Assembly: GCA_963804995.1 (NCBI GenBank)
Contig: CAWDSK010000003.1
Span: forward strand, 736,001-800,000
Origin: an uncultured Acidobacteriota bacterium
Lineage (GTDB): Bacteria; Acidobacteriota; Terriglobia; UBA7540
Direction: 5' to 3'
Length of the DNA: 64,000 nt
Shown here: piece by piece, positions 22,601-32,790 of the stretch
Layout: every line of letters begins with the position of its first letter
How positions within the stretch are numbered: position 1 is the first letter of the stretch
Translations under genes and position numbers: made by a program
The notes under the pieces: model-generated
Database searches by the model: none
The model's input: the letters and a program-made list of their open reading frames with translations, nothing else
Told to the model about the DNA's origin: nothing

Positions 22601-22944
22601 ACCGCCGCCTCCTGCCCCACATCGAGACTAATCCCCTTGTGCACGACGGTTTCAAACCCCGGCTTTTCGGCCGTGACTTCATAATGGCCCACGGCAAGCG
22701 CCGGCGCCAGGTATTGGCCGATGTAGTCTGAAACTGTGTGCCGGATCACTCCCGTTTCGGTGTTGCGAACCGCAATGGCAACTCCCGGCAATGCCCCACC
22801 CGAGGAGTCGCGGGTGGCTCCGGAAATCGCCGCTGTCACCTGGCAAAAGCTTTGTACCGCAAAGCCCGGCAGCAGTATCCCTGCCGCCATCATGAGCAAT
22901 ACCCAGCGCCCAAACTGAGATCGCCAACCCAGCCTCAGAAACAT
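19639..22944 (-). CDS. TonB-dependent receptor, Oar-like with N-terminal carboxypeptidase-regulatory domain
   Basis: LPLNGRSY, DAVREF, GSLFEFLRN..LDAPNYF, QFRAEMFN, RQVQFGLKLIW. Confidence 0.93.
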   Translation of the reverse strand: MFLRLGWRSQFGRWVLLMMAAGILLPGFAVQSFCQVTAAISGATRDSSGGALPGVAIAVRNTETGVIRHTVSDYIGQYLAPALAVGHYEVTAEKPGFETVVHKGISLDVGQEAAVDIVLPLGAVRQQVTITGEARMVSAATDQTSGLVGEKQVKDLPLNGRSYDELLTLNPGIVNFTSEKTGGIGISNSTTGNNFAVSGNRPQQNLFLLNGVEYSGAAENNMQPGGTSQQLLGVDAVREFNVLRDTYGAEYGKRPGGQVIIVTQSGSNQLHGSLFEFLRNNALDAPNYFDQGSAPPFKRNQFGDALGGPIEKEKTFVFANYEGFREALHQTSAAFVPDAASRSVAVASVRPLLNLWPTPSAGASDFNGIAEVFSSPLQSIREDFGTTRLDHVFSAHDTLAAVYTIDDGGDLTATPLDPFSTDLVTLREQVSSLDETHVFSPTLLNTARAGFTRAGYYFTGEPTPGTPAATVPGFLLGRPVGAVVVGGSAASNPQAQLGLAGSNNGSNLSIARNLFTYEDRLTWIRGRQQFNFGVWFQRFQSNETIALSQFGQATFSSLQTFLQGTASTFLFDPTPTEMNWRSLLGAWYAEDVIRVTPNLTLSLGMRDEFTTGWNEAHDRAANYTFANGVISTQPQIGASLFTVNHAKFLPQPRLGLAWSPFRGKTAIRAGFGMYNDLQDALGYRADQNAPFNPTYSLASLPVAHLPINPTAPVPASAKLVPGGVQPDLRTPTLISWSLRVTQEITPNTALTVGYVGSHGYHELLGMDANEPFPTLCPAARCPATYPTVSAASNPPVTIATGFPAGSPLAGAPVPAGSFFIPAGTPKANATLANTWTWFSEGVSSYNALQVDIDHRFSGGLSLRGVYTWSKALDDGDSVNQTTAGNAPGLVSNPFDLAADWGPATYDVRNMGVISTIYALPFGQGKPFAGGVEGWSNRMVSGWSLSSIVTLQAGFPFTPQLSYNPSNNGDTRNPVRPFLNPNFSGPVILGKPAQWFNPNAFIAPPSTGGFYGNLGRDTFVGPGLATWDFSVLKETTLREGLSLQFRAEMFNLLDRANFNTPNLIVFTPPTAANPTGLSGTAGAITSTSTSSRQVQFGLKLIW

Positions 22945-23085
22945 GCTTCGCTTCTCCTCATCGGCGCTCTGCCGATTTTAAGTTACCCTATTACCTTAAC
23001 TGTCAGGTCTGCCTGCTTCGCCCAGAACATCGGAAAGGTCACCCCTCCGAAGGAATTCATGATAATACGATTTGAATCATCTTGT

Positions 23086-23103
23086 CCATATTGGAGTATA
23101 TGG
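23086..23103. promoter_or_regulatory. putative operator palindrome upstream of the TBDR
   Basis: CCATAT-N6-ATATGG in an AT-rich divergent intergenic region. Confidence 0.3.
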
Positions 23104-23449
23104 TTATATCCGGTTGTGATGCGCCGAAACGCATCGCGGTGATTGAGGCGGTTGATGTGAATCTAGTGCCCTAGCCCCCCTGGGGGGCAGAAGCGTTGAC
23201 CTAAGCCCTCGTCAACGTCCAACCGACGGCGGTGGATTGAGGCGGGTTCACGAGTTTCCGAATCGGCAACGACTTTAGATCCTATAGACTGAGTCATACA
23301 GACTTGTCGAAAATTCACGTTCCTGTTATTTTAGTCGGGCATTAAACTCATTTTACTTGTCTCGCGAAGCGGAGCGGTTCGGTTGGCCAGGGCCGTCACA
23401 TGGCTTCCGGATTGTTTAGCTGCGCTCACCACAAAGGGGAAAAATAACG

Positions 23450-24916
23450 ATGGTTTCATTTCCGAATCGAGTCGTGTTCGTCGGCTTTGGAGCGGTGGCG
23501 CGCTGCACCATGCCCATCCTGGTCAAGCACCTCAAGATCGATCCCCAGCGCATCACCGCAATTGATTTCGACCAAGTCGACGAGGCCCTGAAGCCCTGGA
23601 TCGCCCAGGGCGTCACTTTCGTCAAGGCTCGCGTAACGCCGGAGAACATGGGGAGTCTGTTGGGGAAGCACCTTTCCGCCGGAGATCTGCTGATCGACCT
23701 GGCATGGAATATTGATTGTTGCGAAATCGTGCAGTGGTGCCATGACCGGGGCATCATGTACATCAACACTTCGGTGGAACTCTGGGATCCCTATGCTGGA
23801 GCCCCCAACAAACACCCGACCGAGCGAACCCTCTACTGGCGCCACATGAATCTGCGCCGGATGATTGCCAAGTGGAGTGAGCCGGGGCCCACGGCCGTGA
23901 TCGAACACGGAGCGAACCCCGGCCTGATCAGCCATTTCACCAAGCAAGCGCTGCTGGACATCGCGCAGCAAGCGCTGGCGGATAAGAAATTCAGTGGGGC
24001 GCAGGCGGAGGAGATCGCCCACCATGCCAAGGCGGGGCAATTTAATCACCTGGCCCGCCAACTCGGCGTCAAAGTCATCCATTGCAGCGAGCGGGACACG
24101 CAGATAACCGACCAGCCCAAACAGGTCAACGAATTCGTCAACACTTGGAGCGTGGAGGGATTCCGGGAAGAAGGAACGACCACGGCCGAGATGGGTTGGG
24201 GCACCCATGAAAAGGAACTGCCTGCCTTGGCCTACGAGCATGCGGAAGGCCCGCGGAGCCAGATTTGCCTCGCGCGGATGGGCATCAACACTTACGTGGC
24301 CAGTTGGGTGCCGCCGAATCATGACATTATCGGTATGATCGTGCGCCATGGCGAGGCCTTTACTATTACCGAGAAGCTGACCGTTTGGGAAGACGGCAAG
24401 GCGGCTTACCGCCCCACGGTGCACTACGCATATTGCCCGTGCGACTCGGCCATCGCCTCGCTCCACGAGCTGCGTGGCTACGACTACCGGCTGCAACCGA
24501 ACATTCGCATCATGACCGACGAAATCATCAGTGGAGCCGATATTTTAGGTGCACTGGTGATGGGGCACCCCTACCAATCGTGGTGGTGCGGCTCCGACCT
24601 CGATATTGAGGAATCGCGCCGCCTGGTGCCGCACCAGAACGCTACCACGATGCAGGTGGCCGTCTCGGTTGTCGCCGCCTGCCTGTGGATGGTCGAAAAT
24701 CCGCGGCGGGGGCTGTGCGTGCCGGACAACCTACCCCACGACTTTGTGCTGGACATCAGCAAGCCCTATCTGGGCAAGTGGGTTTCCGTGGCTTCAGATT
24801 GGACGCCGCTAAAGCACTACTCGAACTTCTTCCACGGATATAACAAGCCACAGCTTGATGCGTCCGACATGTGGCAGTTCAAGAACTTTTTGATCACGGA
24901 AGGCGATGGCATTTGA
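23450..24916 (+). CDS. hss: homospermidine synthase
   Basis: VGFGAV, HGANPGLISHF, HCSERDTQ, EFVNTWSVEGF, HGEAFTI, YRPTVHYAY, NATTMQVA. Confidence 0.93.
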   Translation: MVSFPNRVVFVGFGAVARCTMPILVKHLKIDPQRITAIDFDQVDEALKPWIAQGVTFVKARVTPENMGSLLGKHLSAGDLLIDLAWNIDCCEIVQWCHDRGIMYINTSVELWDPYAGAPNKHPTERTLYWRHMNLRRMIAKWSEPGPTAVIEHGANPGLISHFTKQALLDIAQQALADKKFSGAQAEEIAHHAKAGQFNHLARQLGVKVIHCSERDTQITDQPKQVNEFVNTWSVEGFREEGTTTAEMGWGTHEKELPALAYEHAEGPRSQICLARMGINTYVASWVPPNHDIIGMIVRHGEAFTITEKLTVWEDGKAAYRPTVHYAYCPCDSAIASLHELRGYDYRLQPNIRIMTDEIISGADILGALVMGHPYQSWWCGSDLDIEESRRLVPHQNATTMQVAVSVVAACLWMVENPRRGLCVPDNLPHDFVLDISKPYLGKWVSVASDWTPLKHYSNFFHGYNKPQLDASDMWQFKNFLITEGDGI

Positions 24917-24925
24917 AATCCGGTT

Positions 24926-25140
24926 GTAGCGGCGCTCTATGAGCGCCGAACGGCGGTCGCAGACCGCCGCTACAGTAACCGAGCGGAGACACTACCGCGA
25001 CAGGAATTTGCGGGACATGCGCATCCTGAGCGCGACAAGATCGCGCGATTGATTTGGTGGTACAGTTCGATGTAGAGGCGGCGGCTTTCATCCCGATCTG
25101 ATCGGGACGCCGCCATATGGCGAGATAAACTCGCCGCTAC
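24926..25140. repeat. two GTAG REP doublets between hss and the decarboxylase gene
   Basis: GTAGCGGCGCTCTATGAGCGCCG..GGCGGTCGCAGACCGCCGCTAC; GTAGAGGCGGCG..CGCCGCC..GGCGAGATAAACTCGCCGCTAC. Confidence 0.8.
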
Positions 25141-25183
25141 AACATCAAACTGCACCACTAACATTGACTTGAAGCGATAATCG

Positions 25184-26317
25184 ATGGAACAAAAGAAACT
25201 GATTCAATTGGCCAGGAAGCACGGCACGCCGATTGTCGTCGTGGACCATAAAGTGCTGCGGCAAAATTACCAGCAATTCCGCAAGTACTTGCCGCGCGTC
25301 CAGGTCTACTATGCCGTCAAGGCAAACCCCGAACCTGCGATCGTGCGAACGTTCTACGAGGCCGGAGCCAGTTTCAACGTCGCCAGCCTGGCCGAGTTCC
25401 TGACCGTCCACGAAATGATCAAGGATCTTCCGGCGAAGGAGCGGCAGGACTTCATCTGGGATCGCATCATTTACGCGAATCCGATCAAAGCGGTTGAAAC
25501 GCTCGAGCAGTTGGATCCCTATAAACCCTTGGTCACCTACGATAACTTCGAGGAAATGATCAAGATCGCCCGTCATGCGCCGCACTCGGGGTTGGCATTG
25601 CGGTTGAGCGTCCCCAACACCGGATCGATGGTGGAGCTTTCAAGCAAGTTTGGCGCCTCACCCGGCGAGGCGGTGGACCTGATTGCCTTCGCCCACGATA
25701 ACAAGCTCGTGGTTGAGGGGCTGAGCTTTCACGTCGGCAGCCAGTGCACCAACCCGGGGAACTACATCGAGGCAATGCACCTGGCCGCAAACATTTTTGC
25801 CGAGGCCAGGACGCGGGGCTTCAATCTCAAGCTCCTCAACATCGGCGGTGGTTTTCCTGCCCACTACGACGACGCCATTCCACCCTTCAGGAGACTTGCC
25901 AAAACAATCACCACTGAGCTGAACCGGCTCTTCCCCGAACCGATCGAAATCCTCGCGGAGCCCGGACGTTTCCTGGTGGCCACTGCCGCCACCGCCGTCG
26001 CCCAGATCATCGGCAAGGCCGTCCGCGAAGGCAAACTTTGTTACTATATCGATGACGGCGTCTACCACACCTACAGCGGCCAGCTCTTTGACCACTGCCA
26101 GTACCGCATGAGAAGTTTCAAGAAAGGTCCTACCGAGATCTGCTCCGTCTTCGGCCCCACCTGTGACGCCCTCGATACCATCACCCTGGCCGCGCAGCTC
26201 CCGGAATTGGCTATGGGCGATCTGCTCTACTCCGAAAACATCGGCGCCTATGCCGCTGCCAGCAGCACGTCGTTTAACGGCTTTCCCCCGGCCAAGGTCG
26301 TGCATGTGAACCAGTGA
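25184..26317 (+). CDS. ornithine/lysine decarboxylase, fold-type III PLP enzyme
   Basis: YYAVKANP, SKFGA, SFHVGSQ, IGGGFP, AEPGRF, GPTCDALD, GAY..FNGF. Confidence 0.92.
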   Translation: MEQKKLIQLARKHGTPIVVVDHKVLRQNYQQFRKYLPRVQVYYAVKANPEPAIVRTFYEAGASFNVASLAEFLTVHEMIKDLPAKERQDFIWDRIIYANPIKAVETLEQLDPYKPLVTYDNFEEMIKIARHAPHSGLALRLSVPNTGSMVELSSKFGASPGEAVDLIAFAHDNKLVVEGLSFHVGSQCTNPGNYIEAMHLAANIFAEARTRGFNLKLLNIGGGFPAHYDDAIPPFRRLAKTITTELNRLFPEPIEILAEPGRFLVATAATAVAQIIGKAVREGKLCYYIDDGVYHTYSGQLFDHCQYRMRSFKKGPTEICSVFGPTCDALDTITLAAQLPELAMGDLLYSENIGAYAAASSTSFNGFPPAKVVHVNQ

Positions 26318-26405
26318 TGCCGGGGAGCCGCGTGACTATAAAAGGGGATTTCTAATAACCTTCGGTGTTTCCTCCCGGCGAAAGGGGGGCCCACCACCGC
26401 TTGAC

Positions 26406-27695
26406 CTATCCGGAAACCTTCAGTTTCTTCACCAGAATTTTCGAGTTCCGTCCGCTCTGGTCGTATCGCTCGCGGCGGTCGAGCGGGAGGTCATCGATGG
26501 CGCCTTCGGCAAAGCCGCCCTTCGACTGGAAGTACGTAAACGCCTGCGTCGAAAGTGCGATCAATTCCGTCAAGCCGGTTTCGAGAGCTTTATTCTCGAC
26601 GAATTGAATCAGTTTTCGGCCAATGCCCTGGTTCTCGTGCGAGGGATTAACATAAAGGCTGGCCAGCTCACCCTTTTGTTGCGCGGGATAAACGTGCAGC
26701 GCCACGCACGCCACCGGGTTCTTATCGATTTCAAAGATGTAGTAATCTGCCAGGTTCTTTTCAATGTCGGCGCGAGTCCGCCGGACGAGCTCGCCCGCTT
26801 CCACTGCCTTCTTGGTCAACATCTGGATCGCCCGGATATCTTTCTTCTTGGCCGGGCGGATTTGTTCGTATTCGTTGGCATAAATCAGCGTGCCGATGCC
26901 CTCATTGGAAAACACTTCGGAGAGCAGCCCTTCGTCCTCGCGGCCGTTGATAACGTGAACACGCTGCACGCCCGCGGCGCACGCGGCAGCGGCATGCTGG
27001 GCCTTGGAAAGCATATCCAGCGCAAATCCACCGCCCGCGGTCTGTAAGAGTTTCTGCAAATCCCCCACCAGCATCTGGCGAATGATTTGATCGTTATGGC
27101 GCAACCCGTCCTGCGCGGTAATGAAAATCAGCTTGATCGCCTTCAAGGTATCGGCCACCGCGAGGGCAATGTTATCGGAGTTGGCCCGGTACGTCCTGCC
27201 GTCGCCGTCAAAGCCCAAAGGGGGCAGGACGGGAACAATCCCCTGGTTCAGCAAGGTTTGCAGAAGTTCCGTGTCGACCCGCTCCACCTTTCCGGTAAAT
27301 AGGTGGTCGACGCCCTGGATGATCCCCAGGGGATGCGCAATGATGGCGTTCGGGCAGGCGCCGCGCAGGTCGTTGGCAGAAAGGCCTTCCAGAATCTCGT
27401 GGGTGAGGCGGTTCGCGGCGTCCATGGCCAGCTCCAAGGTCGGAGCATCGGTCACGCCGGTGCCATCGAGGTTGGAGGCCTCGACGCCCTGCTTCTCGGC
27501 GAGCGCCTTAATCTGCGCCGACGCCCCGTGCACCAGCACCACGCGGATGTTCAAGGAACGCAGTACGGCGACGTCCAGCAGGATGTTGGCAAAGTTCTCA
27601 TCCGTGACGATGACTCCATCCACGGCAATAATGAACGTCCTTTCCCGGAATTGAGGGATGTATTGAAGGATCCCGCGCAGGTCTGTTAGCTTCAC
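26406..27695 (-). CDS. argA: amino-acid N-acetyltransferase (N-acetylglutamate synthase)
   Basis: AA-kinase-like domain (VLVHGA, GVTD, TGKVERVD) + GNAT domain (GELASLYV..QGIG); EVFSNEGIGT. Confidence 0.9.
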   Translation of the reverse strand: MKLTDLRGILQYIPQFRERTFIIAVDGVIVTDENFANILLDVAVLRSLNIRVVLVHGASAQIKALAEKQGVEASNLDGTGVTDAPTLELAMDAANRLTHEILEGLSANDLRGACPNAIIAHPLGIIQGVDHLFTGKVERVDTELLQTLLNQGIVPVLPPLGFDGDGRTYRANSDNIALAVADTLKAIKLIFITAQDGLRHNDQIIRQMLVGDLQKLLQTAGGGFALDMLSKAQHAAAACAAGVQRVHVINGREDEGLLSEVFSNEGIGTLIYANEYEQIRPAKKKDIRAIQMLTKKAVEAGELVRRTRADIEKNLADYYIFEIDKNPVACVALHVYPAQQKGELASLYVNPSHENQGIGRKLIQFVENKALETGLTELIALSTQAFTYFQSKGGFAEGAIDDLPLDRRERYDQSGRNSKILVKKLKVSG

Positions 27696-28235
27696 GTTGG
27701 CACCTTGTCAGTTGTATTGTGGCCTGCGGCCAAGTTTAAAATTGGAGACAGTTCCACTTTACACCAAAACGGACCTTTTACGGGCAAGCGGATTGTGAGG
27801 CAGCGAAGGCCCTTCACGATTCCGGTGCTCGTAGCGGCGGGTTTATCCCGCCAGGGGGCGAGGTAAACTCAAGGCTGTCCAGATTAGCGAGCGCTCCTGG
27901 CGTTTGAAGGGCTTCGGTCGCCGCGGCGACAAGGGTTCTGCCCTTCCGGCCCATCGTCCGCATTTTCTCCTCCTCCGCGCCCGCGCTCTCAAAGAGCAGA
28001 AATAAACCAGACCCTAGGCGCCGCGGAAAAACCTGTGTGGATTGACCACCTGCACCCACAGGGGGATAATGGCCGTTCCCCCGCGCTGCGGCAGGGGGAT
28101 GCGCATGCGATTTCGCTCCGCTGTTGTGATCGTCAGTCTGGCAATTGTTACTTCCTTCGCAGCACAATGCTCCACGCTGTCCGCCGGCTTCCAAGAGCTT
28201 GTCTCCTTTAGAATGGAATCGGCAACGGTTTGCAC

Positions 28236-30092
28236 ATGAGACCGAGGCAAAAGATCGGTGCAACTGCGCTGGTGCTCCTCTTGGGCGCTGCGGTTTACGG
28301 CTTGAACCGCACCGCGCGGCCCCCGAGCGCGCCGCGAACCACTGGCAGTACTCCAGGACCAGCGCAAGCTTCCGCCGTTGACCAAACTCCAATTCTCACA
28401 GCGCTCAAATTAGCGCAAATGCCCACCACGGGCGAGGAGCTGTCATTTGCACAGGAGGCTCTGCGAATTGCCGATCATGAGATGGATCTGGCCTACGCAG
28501 CGGCGGAGCACGAGATTGAGGAGCATCCGCCGCGGCTGACCGCCGACGCGAAAAAGATCCAGGCGCGGCTGAATGAGGCGGAAGATGCGCTGGACACGGA
28601 CAATGCGGAGGTCGCGCGGCTGACCGCCGAGGAGGCCAAGGCCTCAGGCTCAAAGAAGGACGCGTTGGACGATCAACTCGTCCTGGCGACCGCTCACCAG
28701 GAGGAACACCAGGATGAAGTCGATGACGCGAAAGAAGATTTGGCCCGTGCGGGTGGCGATCCCAAGGCCCGCATCGAAGCCATGGTCCAAGAACATAAGG
28801 CTTCTTCGCAGGCAGTTGATAGCTTGAAAATCACGGTCAGCACGGCTGTCGAAGAGCGCGGGCTGATTCATCGCTTCAGCCAATGGTGGGTATTCCATCA
28901 GAAGCAGGTTCTCTTGGGGCAAGCGAAGCAACAGTCGGAGTCCACGGCCGCCGCCTTTTCAGCCAGCCACAATGCGCTGGAGGCGCAGCTCGAGGCAGAA
29001 AAAAAGAGCGCGTCGCAATCGGCAGCAACGGCGAGCGCCGCCAAACCTTCCCCCGGCGGGGGGACGCCCGCGAACCTAAGCCCCGAGGATTCCACCGCCC
29101 TGGTGAAAGCGGCAAAGCGGCGCGCGGCGAGCCAGAAGACCCTCACGTCCCTGGATAAGAAAATCGAGGATCAAAAACAACTTGCCGAAAACTATGGAAA
29201 ATGGAGCGGGGTGTTGGCCGCAGAACAATCTGCAGTTCTGCACGCCGCGCTGATGGGCGTCACCGCCATTCTTGTAATTCTGCTCTTTGGAATCCTATTT
29301 GATGTGTGGCTGGAGCGGCTTCTCGGCAAGCTATCGCTGGACCGCCGGCTGGTAGAAACATTGCGCACGGTAACGCGTGTTGCGGTGCAAGTGTTTGCGG
29401 TGCTTTTTATTTTGCTTGTGATTTTCGGGCCACCCGGACAGCTTGGCACATTTCTGGGGCTCGCCGGCGCCGGCCTTACGGTGGCGCTCAAGGATTTCAT
29501 CGTCGCTTTCCTCGGCTGGTTCGTGCTCATGGGGAAAGACGGCATCCGCATCGGCGATTGGGTGGAGATTAACGGGGTATGCGGCGAAGTGGTCGAACTC
29601 GGTATGTTTCACACTGTGCTGCTCGAAACCGGCAACTGGACCGATTCGGGCCATCCCACCGGCCGGCGCGTGACCTTCACCAATAGCTTCGCCATCGAAG
29701 GCCACTACTTTAATTTTTCGACGACCGGCCAGTGGCTCTGGGACGAATTGCAGGTGGTCTTGCCGCCCGGAGAGGATCCTTATCCACTTATCGATGCACT
29801 GCGGAAGAAAGTACTCGAAGCGACGGCGGAAACCTCGAAGCAGGCCGAGCAGGAATGGAAGAGTGCGGCGAGTTCGCATGGCATGAAGGCGCTTTCCGCC
29901 GCGCCCGCCATCAATCTCAAGCCGGTGGTGGGCGGCGTCGAAATCGCCGTGCGCTACATCACCCGCGCCAACGAACGCTACCAGTTGCGCGCCAAGCTGA
30001 ACCAAGCCGCTGTCGAATTGCTCGGCCGCAAGAATGTGGAGTCACCACCACCTCCACTGCCGACGCCCGCAACCGCACCTCCTTCAGATTAA
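28236..30092 (+). CDS. MscS family mechanosensitive channel with long periplasmic coiled region
   Basis: LGLAGAGLTVALKD, IRIGDWVEINGVCGEVVE. Confidence 0.9.
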   Translation: MRPRQKIGATALVLLLGAAVYGLNRTARPPSAPRTTGSTPGPAQASAVDQTPILTALKLAQMPTTGEELSFAQEALRIADHEMDLAYAAAEHEIEEHPPRLTADAKKIQARLNEAEDALDTDNAEVARLTAEEAKASGSKKDALDDQLVLATAHQEEHQDEVDDAKEDLARAGGDPKARIEAMVQEHKASSQAVDSLKITVSTAVEERGLIHRFSQWWVFHQKQVLLGQAKQQSESTAAAFSASHNALEAQLEAEKKSASQSAATASAAKPSPGGGTPANLSPEDSTALVKAAKRRAASQKTLTSLDKKIEDQKQLAENYGKWSGVLAAEQSAVLHAALMGVTAILVILLFGILFDVWLERLLGKLSLDRRLVETLRTVTRVAVQVFAVLFILLVIFGPPGQLGTFLGLAGAGLTVALKDFIVAFLGWFVLMGKDGIRIGDWVEINGVCGEVVELGMFHTVLLETGNWTDSGHPTGRRVTFTNSFAIEGHYFNFSTTGQWLWDELQVVLPPGEDPYPLIDALRKKVLEATAETSKQAEQEWKSAASSHGMKALSAAPAINLKPVVGGVEIAVRYITRANERYQLRAKLNQAAVELLGRKNVESPPPPLPTPATAPPSD

Positions 30093-30245
30093 GCTGACAC
30101 AGTTGTTCGCAGGGTGTCACCCGGCGCTTCCGCGTTAAGGTCACCTGCGAGCGTGGACCTCCGCCGGCCCCATCGATTCGGAGCACTATACCTCCGCGCT
30201 CCTCACTCTCTCCGGACGGGGAGTCGGCACCGAACGTCTCTCCGC

Positions 30246-31391
30246 TCAGTTGGGTTGCAGGACCCAGTGGAGAGCGTTTCCGTGATACAGCTTGCGCAGA
30301 ACGGGTTCGGGGAGCTTAAGGCCTTGATACTTCTTCCCGTCGTATTCTACCCACTCGTCTGTCGCGAAGTACCTCCAATCCCTCAAGTACTCCTCTTCCC
30401 AATGATGTAACCTCTGTGCGGTGTCAGCCCACGGCATAAGACTCAGGTCGGTGCCATAGAGGACGCGATCCTGATATTTGATCAGGAAGGCACGCACCTT
30501 CTCGGGCGCCTGCCTCATGAGATAAATGGTTCGGGCCGCCGTATCGACAGCGAAGTTCGGGTAGCGGTCGAGGCGCTGAGCGATTTCGTCCACATCCACT
30601 TCCATGCTTCCCAGGTGGCAACCTACGACGCGCAATCGAGGGTTGTTCGCCAGCAGGCGATCACGTGCGGCGAGAATGGTTTCCTTGGAAGGGTGATCGG
30701 GGTGGAGGTACATGAACCAGTCCGGGTTAGCCTTGTAGTAGCTGTAGTCTGGATTTGCAGGGTCCAGAGGGCGCCAGCTTGAGGTGGGTTCGGCTATATG
30801 TGCGAACACCGTGCGGTTGTGCGCGACGATATCCGCCCAGATGGGGTTGAAGACGGGGTCATCGGGCATCAGGTAGGTGCCGTCCCGTTTCTTCAGCTCC
30901 ATGCCGATACTCTTATAAATCTTCACCGCGACGGCGCCTTCCGTGAACGTTTCGTTGAGCACTTTAATGGATCGCTCCGCAAACCCAGGCGTCTCAAAGT
31001 CCTGAGGATCAAAAGTGGAGCACCAAGCGGCGCGGCCACCCGTGCTATGCAGGATTTCTCGTGCCGTCTGATGCTGCGGGGGAGCTTCTTCATAGCCGCG
31101 GTCGTGTTTGTCCACGACACAGATATTGAGGATGCGCAGGTTCAGTCGCTTCAAAAATGTCGCGAACGCCGGATCGTTCTTAAAAACGTGGGCGTGGGAA
31201 TCAATGGGCGATAGTGCCGAGAACTTATCCAGAACAGACTCCCCATGCGCCCCTTGTCCAAACGCGAAGTTGCCTGTTCCCATGGCACCAAAACAACAGA
31301 AAACTGTCAGCAGAATCAAAAGCACGTGGAGAGACGGCGCGGCCTCCCATCCTGGACGAGTGCGGCTGGATCCGAATGTGTGCGAGTTCAC
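30246..31391 (-). CDS. amidohydrolase_2 family protein, probable signal peptide
   Basis: IDSHAH, AVKIYK, HIAEP, VGCHLGS, VDTAAR, VLYGTD. Confidence 0.85.
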   Translation of the reverse strand: MNSHTFGSSRTRPGWEAAPSLHVLLILLTVFCCFGAMGTGNFAFGQGAHGESVLDKFSALSPIDSHAHVFKNDPAFATFLKRLNLRILNICVVDKHDRGYEEAPPQHQTAREILHSTGGRAAWCSTFDPQDFETPGFAERSIKVLNETFTEGAVAVKIYKSIGMELKKRDGTYLMPDDPVFNPIWADIVAHNRTVFAHIAEPTSSWRPLDPANPDYSYYKANPDWFMYLHPDHPSKETILAARDRLLANNPRLRVVGCHLGSMEVDVDEIAQRLDRYPNFAVDTAARTIYLMRQAPEKVRAFLIKYQDRVLYGTDLSLMPWADTAQRLHHWEEEYLRDWRYFATDEWVEYDGKKYQGLKLPEPVLRKLYHGNALHWVLQPN

Positions 31392-31567
31392 AGTGACCTC
31401 CAGATGAAGAAGATGAAAAGCTAAATGATCTTATATCACCACTAAAAGCCTGGAGGTAGCGCTGACCTTGAGGTCAGCACCTGCCGACCCTTCCCTCCGT
31501 TCAGGGCAGGCTCTAAAGGCGGGCGCAGGGCGGCGGAGCCGCAAACAAAACGTGGCACGGCCGACCG

Positions 31568-31693
31568 AAGGTGTGAAAAAATACCATTTTCACCGCTGAG
31601 TCGCTGAGACGCAGAGAAATGACCCTTTGTTTTCAAACCTCAGCGCCTCCGCGTCTCCGCGGTGAAAGGTTTGATAGGATTTTTTCACAGCTT
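31568..31693. mobile_element. MITE-like element with terminal inverted repeats and a nested CACCGC..GAG repeat hairpin
   Basis: AAGGTGTGAAAAAAT ... ATTTTTTCACAGCTT; inner TTTCACCGCTGAG ... CTCCGCGGTGAAA. Confidence 0.55.
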
Positions 31694-31856
31694 CACCTGC
31701 CCGTGGCACAACGTCGTAGGCGGGCGCACACCCGGCGGCCAGATGGCACGCTGGTCTCTGGACAGCGAAATTGCGGTTCGGAACGAGCCGGTGGGGTGTA
31801 TACTGGCCTGACTCGGGGTGCCAGAGTGAAAATTCTAGTTGATAACGAGGCGGTTG

Positions 31857-32636
31857 ATGGACGCAGATAAGGACAGGGCAGTTCCCCGATACAGGTTTGG
31901 GATAAGGGGTACGTTGCACTCGCCCATAGGGTGCGCCGGTGCGAATGTTACGGTTCGGGAAATCAGTACACTAGGTTGCCAACTCGATTACGTGGAGGGT
32001 CCGAGGGTTGGCAGCAAGTGCGAGCTGTACTTTGATTGGCAGGGCACCCACATGGGATTTGCAGCCGTGGTCGTGTGCAAAGATGCGGAAGGGCGATTGG
32101 ATCTGAAGTTTCTCTCGGTCGATAAGGAGACCCAAAAGCGCTTGCAGGAGCTTTGCGCCACGCTGCAGACGCCGCCACCGACCTCGCTGCCGAAGAACTG
32201 GGACGCGGCCCGTCTTATCCCGAAATCCGCGGAGGCTCGCAATGCGGCGCGTCCTGCGGCCCTGACAAAAGCACCCCCCACGCTACCGTCCAAGCTGGCC
32301 GAGAAGTCGCGGCGGCAGCTTCCCCGTTATGTGAGCGCATTGCCTGCCCACATCCCGAACCCTGCCACAGGAGCGACTTCCAGCGGCACCTTGATTACCC
32401 TCTCCATTGCGGGTGGTTGCATCAAAGGCCTGGAACTTCCCGAGGCTGGCCAGAAATGTGAGCTTTATACCGATTGGGAAAATAAGCGGGTGCTGCTCCG
32501 GGGTAACGTCGTCTGGAAACGTAAAGAGTGTGTGGGTGTGAAATTCTCACCTCTTGACGAAGAGACGCAGAATTTGCTGCGGCGAATCTGCTCCGACTTG
32601 AGGCTTGAACCGCTCTCGGGTTTCCGCCCTGATTGA
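31857..32636 (+). CDS. tandem PilZ-domain protein
   Basis: Two repeats RAVPRY..EISTLGC..LKF and RRQLPRY..TLSIAGGC..VVW..GVKF. Confidence 0.8.
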   Translation: MDADKDRAVPRYRFGIRGTLHSPIGCAGANVTVREISTLGCQLDYVEGPRVGSKCELYFDWQGTHMGFAAVVVCKDAEGRLDLKFLSVDKETQKRLQELCATLQTPPPTSLPKNWDAARLIPKSAEARNAARPAALTKAPPTLPSKLAEKSRRQLPRYVSALPAHIPNPATGATSSGTLITLSIAGGCIKGLELPEAGQKCELYTDWENKRVLLRGNVVWKRKECVGVKFSPLDEETQNLLRRICSDLRLEPLSGFRPD

Positions 32637-32708
32637 AGTAAAGAGAACTTGGCTGCTTCCAGCCCCACTTTGTGTAGGCTGGGGAAGATCACAGCATGGT
32701 AACCGGCG

Positions 32709-32790
32709 GGCTGGCCCAGGGCTGCGCTCGCCCTGTGATTCTGGTGCGATTAGATGACGTGAATCGCCCCGACGAGTCGGGGCGCCAGCC
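32709..32790. repeat. RAYT-end REP doublet whose second hairpin is replaced by CCCCGACGAGTCGGGG
   Basis: ggctggcccagggc..gattctggtgcgattagatgacgtgaatcgc..gcgccagcc. Confidence 0.85.

Noticed and set aside
22945..23449. Cobalamin or Moco riboswitch upstream of the TBDR
   Set aside because: Hairpins are present but no consensus elements were recognised; an Rfam search is needed to exclude it fully
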